Source: an uncultured virus (IMG/VR IMGVR_UViG_3300024308_000304) (taxonomy: Duplodnaviria; Heunggongvirae; Uroviricota; Caudoviricetes). From it: DNA of 23,363 nt. The stretch lies in IMG/VR virus record IMGVR_UViG_3300024308_000304; one strand, given 5' to 3'. The notes under the pieces are model-generated. The model was given only the letters and a program-made list of their open reading frames with translations, made no database searches and was not told the DNA's origin. Positions 16,642-23,363 of this stretch are shown one piece after another (position 1 is the first letter of the stretch; each line of letters opens with the position of its first letter). The position numbers and the translations under genes are program-made.

Positions 16642-18141
16642 ATGTCAAATATAAATAAAATTAAAGAATTGCATAATAACTTTAAAGAAAATATAGAAAC
16701 ATCAGAAACATTTGAGCACACTAAAGGACTATTACAAGATTTTGGTAATTACTTAAACAAGCACAAACAAATGTTTTATGTGCTACTTGGTGCTACAGCC
16801 ATGAACATAGCAGCACAAGCTGCTGAACCAATTATTAAACAATACCAAGCATCAGAATTTTCTCAAATATACAAAAGCGATGCATCTGAATTAACTTTGG
16901 AAGATTCATTAATGAATTTTAAAAAAGAAGTTGATATGGGAAATAATGTCACAAATAGTGCTTTTGCTCAACATCAGAATGCTCAAATAATGAATGAAGA
17001 TCTTGTAAAAGATATCATGAATATGAAAGTTGGTGAAACGATATTTGTAAAAAACCCATTCTGGACTAATAGTGTTATTGAATTAAAAATAGATAATGAA
17101 GTTGAAAGTATGATGTATGCCTCAAATTATGAAGCCCATAAGCATCAAATTAATGAATTCAATTCTTCTATGATAGTTGACTATACAAATCCAGTAATAA
17201 AGTTCAATCCTGATAACATGAAAGAATATTTGGACAACTTTGCTAATGCACAAACTGAACAACAAAAAGTTGATTATACGAAGTTTGTTTTATATCATGA
17301 AGCCGCACATGCAACCAGAAGGCAATCTGAACATTTGGATGCCAAAGCATATGAAAACATCACTGTACTAAAGAAAGAAATACAATCAGATGTTTCAGCT
17401 ATGATGCTATTAGGACACGAATCTAGAGATTTAAAAAATTTCAATGAAAACATTGATATGATTATAAAAACTAGATTAACTGTTTTAGAATATGATTCAG
17501 ATCATAATACAACGTATGCAATGATAGAATTAAAGAACGCAGTTAATAACAATCCAGAATTGCTGAATATGAAGCCATCAAACATTACTGAATTTGCATA
17601 CTTATTCAGTGAGAAGATTTCTCAAGCTAATTTCAATAATGAACCAGTTGTTAAAGACTTGTTAAGTTCTATTCCAAAAGATAAGGAGTCCTTATTGAAT
17701 GAAGCCAAGGAAGGTAAAAATATGGAATATATGAATTATTATGCTGGTAAAATATATAATAAAGGTATATATGCATTTAATTTAAAACGATTCTTGCAAC
17801 CGGGCTTTGAACATAGAACAGATAAAATATTTGAGAACATTGAATCTACAATAAACAAAGACATACGACATGATGATTTTGTAGCTTTTACATTTATAAA
17901 AAACAAAAAAGAATTTGATTCAACACCAATGACTGCTGATCAATTTTTAACTAAAATGCAAAATGATTTAACTAAAAAAGCAGAGAATGATCCAGTAATT
18001 ACAAAAGATATGGTATCAATGTTAAAAGCAAAGATAAAAATGGATGAAATGGATTATAACGTTGCAGATATACAAAACTTAGTAAATCAAGTCAATAGCC
18101 ATAAAAAGATATCAAAAAATAACATAAAATTTGAAATATAA
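16642..18141 (+). CDS. Putative zinc metallopeptidase-like (HExxH) protein with N-terminal hydrophobic segment and Lys-rich tail
   Basis: FVLYHEAAH (HEAAH at 17296-17310) followed by KKEIQSDVSA (candidate third-ligand ExxxD); hydrophobic MFYVLLGATAMNIAAQA; 499 aa; ends KKISKNNIKFEI. Confidence 0.65.
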   Translation: MSNINKIKELHNNFKENIETSETFEHTKGLLQDFGNYLNKHKQMFYVLLGATAMNIAAQAAEPIIKQYQASEFSQIYKSDASELTLEDSLMNFKKEVDMGNNVTNSAFAQHQNAQIMNEDLVKDIMNMKVGETIFVKNPFWTNSVIELKIDNEVESMMYASNYEAHKHQINEFNSSMIVDYTNPVIKFNPDNMKEYLDNFANAQTEQQKVDYTKFVLYHEAAHATRRQSEHLDAKAYENITVLKKEIQSDVSAMMLLGHESRDLKNFNENIDMIIKTRLTVLEYDSDHNTTYAMIELKNAVNNNPELLNMKPSNITEFAYLFSEKISQANFNNEPVVKDLLSSIPKDKESLLNEAKEGKNMEYMNYYAGKIYNKGIYAFNLKRFLQPGFEHRTDKIFENIESTINKDIRHDDFVAFTFIKNKKEFDSTPMTADQFLTKMQNDLTKKAENDPVITKDMVSMLKAKIKMDEMDYNVADIQNLVNQVNSHKKISKNNIKFEI

Positions 18142-18145
18142 AAAT

Positions 18146-18167
18146 AAAAGACCTCGAAAGGTCTTTT
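18146..18167. terminator. Bidirectional intrinsic terminator
   Basis: AAAAGACCT-CGAA-AGGTCTTTT (UUCG loop on the minus strand) between convergent stops. Confidence 0.88.
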
Positions 18168-18607
18168 TAATTTTGTAATTGTTGCACATATGTAAGAATA
18201 CCATTTTTAATAACTAAATCTTCAAATATATAATTATCTCTTGATCCTTTTCTAACATAAGGTTTATTATTAGTGTAATAATCATCCATAGAATGAAACA
18301 CATATTCAATAAAATCGTATCCGTCACTGTCAAAAAATGTAATTCTAATATTTGATTCATTATAGCTATAATGTTTAAATAAACTTGATGATTTTAATAC
18401 TTCATCTTTAAAATCTTCAAAGATTTTATCCAATATATTCGAATCTTTTGTTTTTATTGTCATTTTTAATTTAGCTAAAAAAAGAAATCTTTCAATATTA
18501 ATCTCTTTTTCAAGACCAGTAATAATAGTATCTAATTTTTCAATTGAACCATTCCAACCATCTATTGATAATTGATCTTTTAATTTTTCAATATATTTCT
18601 TATCCAT
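18167..18607 (-). CDS. Hypothetical protein
   Basis: 146 aa ORF, GAGGA RBS. Confidence 0.78.
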   Translation of the reverse strand: MDKKYIEKLKDQLSIDGWNGSIEKLDTIITGLEKEINIERFLFLAKLKMTIKTKDSNILDKIFEDFKDEVLKSSSLFKHYSYNESNIRITFFDSDGYDFIEYVFHSMDDYYTNNKPYVRKGSRDNYIFEDLVIKNGILTYVQQLQN

Positions 18608-18629
18608 ATTATTTTCCTCAAATAATTAT

Positions 18630-18657
18630 AGAATAGTGTAAAGAAACACTAAGTCAA
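18630..18657 (-). promoter_or_regulatory. Promoter TTGACT-16-TATTCT with palindromic spacer
   Basis: -35 at 18652-18657, -10 at 18630-18635; TAGTGT-N6-ACACTA at 18634-18651. Confidence 0.6.
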
Positions 18658-18671
18658 TTAGTATTTCTTTA

Positions 18672-20102
18672 TTATGCTTTAAAAGTTAAAATAGGACTAA
18701 ATTTTGCAATTACAGAAACTGTTTTTTCATCAACTTGTGACTGAATAACTGGTCCTATTTCTTTATAAGCTGCTGGTGCTTCTTCAATCATACGTTCTTC
18801 TTTCAAAGTAATACATTCTACTTTATCAAGCCCCAGTATGCTTTTGTCTTTACGAGCTTTAAAAGAAATCTCATTACGTGAGATACTTCTACCAGCACCA
18901 TGACTTGCAGAACTTAACCAGCTTTCATTACCAAGGCCACTTAATAAGTAGCTATCATGTCCCATACTACCCGGAATTAACAAGTCTTGTCCTGCATAAG
19001 CTGGTGTTGCACCTTTTCTATGTACATTACCAATTGCTTCTTTCAAAACAATATTGTGTGGAACATCTACAACTAATGGACAATCTAAATCCCCAAATAC
19101 TTCTTTAGTACGTTGACGAACTAATTCAGCAATCAATGCTCTATTCAATGTAGCATAATGTGCAGCACTGTGCATCGCCATCAAATATTCATCAGCTAAT
19201 TCGCCTAATACTGGAAATATTTTACTGTCTGGATGTTTATGCCCTACTGGCCATTGTTGTTTTGCTTTATCCGCCCATCTTGAGCCAACATAGAAACCAA
19301 CATCACGAGAACCAGTATGAATCATTACAACTAACTGCCCAACTTTAAGACCATATTCATAAGCTTTTTGTCTGTCAGTGATTTCAGTAATCACCTGAAG
19401 TTCACAAAAATGATTACCACCACCAAGAGTTCCCATTGAAGGATCTCTTAATAAATCTCGACTCATATTCTGTAATGCTTCTGGTGCATAATTAGAATTA
19501 CCTTTTTCAAACGCTGATGTGTGCAGTCTGGATAATTCATTTTCAATTTGAAGATAATCTATTTTATCGAAAATACCTTCTTTTTTAGACTTATTCATCA
19601 CTTCAAAAAAATCGCCAACACCATTATCAAACAATGCTTTCATTGCATGAGGTGTAACTGGAATATTTCTTGTACCTTCTAATAAATCACCTTTAAGTTT
19701 CTTTACCCATACATCTTTATTAGCCATGAACTTATCATAGGTTAAGTCTAGTTTATGCAATCGCATTCCACAGTTTATATCAGTGCCAATAGCTTGTGGA
19801 ATAACCATGTCATGGGATGTTACAACAACACTACCTACTGGAATGGTGCTGCCAGTATGGAAATCTGGAGTTGCACATGAGCATTTAACATGCCCGCCAT
19901 CAGGATGTTGTATTCTTGCAAAATCCATTAGCTGATGAATTGCTTTTTCTTCAATAGCAAAGTTTTCAGGCAATAGTATTTTACTTTCGAGATTAGCATC
20001 ATTAACTGATTTAATACTCAAAACATTATTATTTTCTCTATCAATATTCAAACCACTTTTCAGTAGTTTTTGTTGAATTCTTTTAAATGGTATTTTTTTC
20101 AT
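18672..20102 (-). CDS. rtcB: RtcB family 3'-phosphate/5'-hydroxyl RNA ligase
   Basis: Motifs PDFHTG, IGTDINCGMRL, GTLGGGNHFCE, HTGSR, HRKGATP, PGSMG, SASHGAGR (guanylylated His), EEAPAAYK; 476 aa. Confidence 0.95.
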   Translation of the reverse strand: MKKIPFKRIQQKLLKSGLNIDRENNNVLSIKSVNDANLESKILLPENFAIEEKAIHQLMDFARIQHPDGGHVKCSCATPDFHTGSTIPVGSVVVTSHDMVIPQAIGTDINCGMRLHKLDLTYDKFMANKDVWVKKLKGDLLEGTRNIPVTPHAMKALFDNGVGDFFEVMNKSKKEGIFDKIDYLQIENELSRLHTSAFEKGNSNYAPEALQNMSRDLLRDPSMGTLGGGNHFCELQVITEITDRQKAYEYGLKVGQLVVMIHTGSRDVGFYVGSRWADKAKQQWPVGHKHPDSKIFPVLGELADEYLMAMHSAAHYATLNRALIAELVRQRTKEVFGDLDCPLVVDVPHNIVLKEAIGNVHRKGATPAYAGQDLLIPGSMGHDSYLLSGLGNESWLSSASHGAGRSISRNEISFKARKDKSILGLDKVECITLKEERMIEEAPAAYKEIGPVIQSQVDEKTVSVIAKFSPILTFKA

Positions 20103-20203
20103 GATTCTGGCCTACTTTTATTTAGATAAATTTGTTGCTCGGAAGAAATCCGATAATTTTATCTTTCCGAATCAGCAGCCAGCCATAAGGAAGGAATGAA
20201 CAT

Positions 20204-20232
20204 ATAATAACATCTGCCGGAGCAGATGTCAA
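20204..20232 (-). promoter_or_regulatory. rtcB promoter TTGACA-17-TATTAT with perfect 8-bp inverted repeat in the spacer
   Basis: -35 at 20227-20232, -10 at 20204-20209; ACATCTGC-N4-GCAGATGT at 20210-20229. Confidence 0.8.
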
Positions 20233-20239
20233 TTAGTAT

Positions 20240-22291
20240 TTAATGTAAAGTAGTTGAATGAGAAATATAGCCATCGTCTAAATAATCGATAATATAAACA
20301 TCATTAGATTCATTAAATTGTGATGCATCCATTAATAAATCCTCCATAAATTTATAAATTTTTCTTACATTAAGAATTTTTTCATGAGCAAATGCATTAG
20401 CAATAGATTTTAAACCAATTTCATTGATTTCAACTAAATCAAAGATCGAATCTTTTTTCAATTGTGAATAAATACTTTTAATAATAGCTGGTAATTCTTC
20501 TTCTCTAGGAGATTTAATAGTAAAAACTCTAAATCTATTTATTATACCTTTATCAATGTTCTCTAATGAATTTGCAGTAGCAATATAGTTGACATAACTA
20601 AAATCAAAAGACACAGAGAAAAAGTTTTCATAAAAGTCTTCAGCACTTCGTTGTTCTAATAAATCATATAATGGAGCCATTATTCTTCCATTAGCATTTC
20701 CTGTCACTACTTTATCCATTTCCTCCAAAACAATAATAGGATTATAGCATTTGTTTCTTATCACTGTTTTAGAAACAAAACCCGGCTGACCAGTGTTCCA
20801 AAGAGAAGTTGAACCAGCAATTTCTGATGGTGTGGTCATATTCCCAATATTAACTGCATTCATATAAATATTAAAAATATTATTTATCTCATCTATGAAA
20901 GCACTTTTACCTATTCCATTTTTCCCAAGTATTAAAATAGGTTTAAAGTTTAATACTCCATTCTTTCTAATATTCATTTTTAAACAAATTTCTAAATAAT
21001 CAATTATTTCATAAAAATGAGGATAATTTATTTTAAGTTCCTTTACCTTATCTAATAGAGAGCAGTCAACAGTTAATGGTTTAAGATAACTAAGTATATG
21101 CAAATATGATTCATTTCTATAAGTTGCTTGTTCTGATGGATAACGATTATTATTTAAAATTTTCTTATAATTTCTATGAATTTCTTTATTTTTAAAAAAA
21201 CTATTAATATATTTCTCAACTTCCTTGTCATTGTATATATCACTAAGAGCCTCTTTTAAATAGTATTTTTCTTCCAATAAAATATGTTCTTCATAAGGTA
21301 ACGGATACAAACATTGTTGTTTAATAGACCTTAAATTGGGTGTTGATACTTGCGTTAAATTTTTTGAAACTGTTTTTTCACTTATAATATCATTTACTAT
21401 TTCATTCAAATAATTGTCATCACTCAATTGTCCATCTATTGAACCATCTTCAAAAAGGAATTCAGCAGTATTAAAAATAGATTTTTTAAATTCTTCTAAT
21501 ATACTAATGAATGCCAATAAATCTGCTGCAATTACAGGTTCAAAAGATTGTATGAAAGAAAGTTTGTTAATGTCTAATAAAGTAATTTCTTCAATAATAT
21601 AATTATTTAAAGACACTTCATCAGTCTTTTTACTAATAAAATTTAAATAATAACGTTCTATGTCATAAAGAAAATTAGACAAATCTTTGAAGTTGAAATG
21701 ATTGTCAATAAAGAAATCTTTATTAATGTTTGCAATATTATCACGCAATGATAGCTTGTCAGAAAAGAGCACTACTTCTTCAAGAAATTTTATATAACTT
21801 TTAACAACAATAGAAGCCATATTATTTTGTTCATTAGGTAACATACTTAGACAATAATAAGAAATAAGATGTGTACTGTCAGATTCATTATTTTGTTCAA
21901 TATATTTTGACATATGAGGCGATTTAAGGAGTTGAAAATAAACAGATAATATTTCATTGTATGAGTTAAAATCTTGTCTATTAATAATGTTTCTGACTTT
22001 TGGAATAATTAATTTGTTTTCGTATAGAGATCCTATTAAATAAAAAATATTGACTAATTTTTCAATATATGAATCTTTATCAATATCAGAGAACCCAAAA
22101 TATGTGAAAGTGTGATTATTTAAATCGCCTAATTCTAAAGCTAAATCTGTTGGTATAGGAATAGGGAAACTAAAAGATCTTTTATTATTTTGGATATCTT
22201 TAATTTCAATAAGTCTAAAAACACCAGTATCATTTGAGTTTTCTAAAATAAGTCTTAATGGACATATATTAATATTGGATTCTGTTTCCAT
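20240..22291 (-). CDS. Lon-type AAA+ ATPase lacking the protease domain, long unique N-terminus
   Basis: Walker A GKNGIGKS, Walker B IVLEEMDK, Lon-like NPIIVL, LYDLLE..F.ENF, YIATAN (sensor I), NRF (Arg finger); protein ends shortly after the AAA module; 683 aa. Confidence 0.82.
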   Translation of the reverse strand: METESNINICPLRLILENSNDTGVFRLIEIKDIQNNKRSFSFPIPIPTDLALELGDLNNHTFTYFGFSDIDKDSYIEKLVNIFYLIGSLYENKLIIPKVRNIINRQDFNSYNEILSVYFQLLKSPHMSKYIEQNNESDSTHLISYYCLSMLPNEQNNMASIVVKSYIKFLEEVVLFSDKLSLRDNIANINKDFFIDNHFNFKDLSNFLYDIERYYLNFISKKTDEVSLNNYIIEEITLLDINKLSFIQSFEPVIAADLLAFISILEEFKKSIFNTAEFLFEDGSIDGQLSDDNYLNEIVNDIISEKTVSKNLTQVSTPNLRSIKQQCLYPLPYEEHILLEEKYYLKEALSDIYNDKEVEKYINSFFKNKEIHRNYKKILNNNRYPSEQATYRNESYLHILSYLKPLTVDCSLLDKVKELKINYPHFYEIIDYLEICLKMNIRKNGVLNFKPILILGKNGIGKSAFIDEINNIFNIYMNAVNIGNMTTPSEIAGSTSLWNTGQPGFVSKTVIRNKCYNPIIVLEEMDKVVTGNANGRIMAPLYDLLEQRSAEDFYENFFSVSFDFSYVNYIATANSLENIDKGIINRFRVFTIKSPREEELPAIIKSIYSQLKKDSIFDLVEINEIGLKSIANAFAHEKILNVRKIYKFMEDLLMDASQFNESNDVYIIDYLDDGYISHSTTLH

Positions 22292-22315
22292 GAAGCTCTC
22301 CTTAATTATCTATCA

Positions 22316-22343
22316 AGAATACTATTTAAAAGAAAATAGTCAA
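22316..22343 (-). promoter_or_regulatory. Promoter TTGACT-16-TATTCT
   Basis: -35 at 22338-22343, -10 at 22316-22321, AAGGAG RBS at 22298-22303; same boxes and spacing as 18630-18657. Confidence 0.65.
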
Positions 22344-22365
22344 TAAATAATCAAGAAGGAAACAT

Positions 22366-22710
22366 TCAAGAATAGTGAGTAAATATAAATAATTGTGGTT
22401 TTATTTCATCTACTGATAAACTGAATTTTTCGCTTAATTCTTTAACAAGAGCTTTGTCTTCAAAAAGAGACTTATCAATAGCAGTCATTGATATGCCTTC
22501 GAATTCATTTGTCTTTTTTATAAGCCTACCAATGATTGCATATTTATTTGACATTCCATCAAAAACAACAACTATATCACCATTTCTATTTTTTCTATGA
22601 CAATAATCACTGTGTACATCATAATTCTCTTCAATGTTATACTTTTCTTGATAATCTTTTCCATTTAAGCTTACACCATATATGATATAATGTGTTTCTT
22701 TAACTGACAT
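22366..22710 (-). CDS. Hypothetical protein (phage-like, DGM motif)
   Basis: 114 aa, AGGAG RBS; YIIYGV...VFDGMSNKYAIIG. Confidence 0.8.
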   Translation of the reverse strand: MSVKETHYIIYGVSLNGKDYQEKYNIEENYDVHSDYCHRKNRNGDIVVVFDGMSNKYAIIGRLIKKTNEFEGISMTAIDKSLFEDKALVKELSEKFSLSVDEIKPQLFIFTHYS

Positions 22711-22724
22711 ATCTATCTCCTATT

Positions 22725-23363
22725 TTAAATATTCAACATTGGTAAGACTTTCGAGTCTTGAATTCTTAATTCATCAATCATTATGTTAAGCTTTTTAGCT
22801 CCATAAATTTCCAAAAATCTTAATTTAAATGATTGCCAATGCTCTGTCAATATTCTTTTTTCACCTGCAGCTGTATAATTATAATACTGTGGTCTTTTAA
22901 CTATCTGTCCATTATCATGTTCAATATAAATATGGTATTTAACTTTAAAATAATTTAAATCCGAAAGTTCAGTTTGATAGTTCAAATCTGTTATATGATC
23001 ATTAAAATTAACATTTTGCATTTTCATTAGCTCAGAAAAACAAAATGAATTTTGAGATGTACCACCTAAGCAAAAGGCTTTAAGGAATTTAAGATCTTCC
23101 ATTATACTAATAAAATCTTCTTTTATATCTACAATAACTTTAGTTTTGAATATGAATGATAATTGATTTAAAGACATCAGATCTTTAGGAATTAAATTTG
23201 AACGTGTTAAATTAGCTGATCCATTTAAAATATAATAAGTTAAAACTTGATTTTTATGAATTATTTTAATATCAATATTTCCACTACCATTAATACTTTG
23301 ATTAATGTGTTCAATATGATAACGATTATCAATTAAACTACGAACGAGTTCTTTATCTATCAT
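22725..23363 (-). CDS. Hypothetical protein, shared C-terminal module family (start at window edge)
   Basis: 212 aa open to the last base (ATG at 23361-23363; true start may lie beyond); ends LEIYGAKKLNIMIDELRIQDSKVLPMLNI. Confidence 0.75.
   Translation of the reverse strand: MIDKELVRSLIDNRYHIEHINQSINGSGNIDIKIIHKNQVLTYYILNGSANLTRSNLIPKDLMSLNQLSFIFKTKVIVDIKEDFISIMEDLKFLKAFCLGGTSQNSFCFSELMKMQNVNFNDHITDLNYQTELSDLNYFKVKYHIYIEHDNGQIVKRPQYYNYTAAGEKRILTEHWQSFKLRFLEIYGAKKLNIMIDELRIQDSKVLPMLNI

Noticed and set aside
18878..19348. Two short + strand ORFs within rtcB
   Set aside because: Antisense to a highly conserved gene; no independent signals.
20103..20200. tRNA or Y-RNA gene upstream of rtcB
   Set aside because: No cloverleaf, T-loop GTTC or CCA end could be drawn by eye; kept only as a candidate structured leader.
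21414..21602. 62-aa + strand ORF
   Set aside because: Antisense shadow of the AAA ATPase gene.
1..23363. CRISPR array, IS element, or alternative genetic code
   Set aside because: No regularly spaced repeats, no transposase or terminal inverted repeats, and standard-code ORFs tile the window with full-length conserved enzymes.

Overview
Very AT-rich (roughly one quarter G+C by eye), gene-dense window with about 28 CDSs in mixed orientation. Most are hypothetical, and most have their own near-consensus sigma70-type promoter. Short intrinsic terminators separate the blocks. Recognisable genes are a UV-damage endonuclease (uvsE), a PLP-dependent D-cysteine desulfhydrase/ACC-deaminase-family enzyme, a GNAT acetyltransferase, a ParB/Srx-like protein, an HExxH zinc-peptidase-like protein, an RtcB RNA ligase and a Lon-type AAA+ ATPase without a protease domain. 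No housekeeping, virion, rRNA, tRNA, CRISPR or transposase genes were seen. The organisation looks like the accessory region of a jumbo phage or giant plasmid-like element, probably from a proteobacterial host (inference, not provable from this window). The most notable signals are two distinct C-terminal signatures shared by otherwise unrelated proteins. One is a ~30-aa module, [DE]-hydrophobic-[YF]-[GN]...acidic...M-[YF]-x-[IF]-COOH, in 5-6 ORFans. The other is a Lys-rich K-x-x-hydrophobic-K-[IPVF] tail on 5 proteins, four of them enzyme-like. Also notable are a structured leader plus promoter palindrome before rtcB, an RBS-sequestering hairpin around an internal promoter, and a small lipoprotein gene missed by the ORF track.
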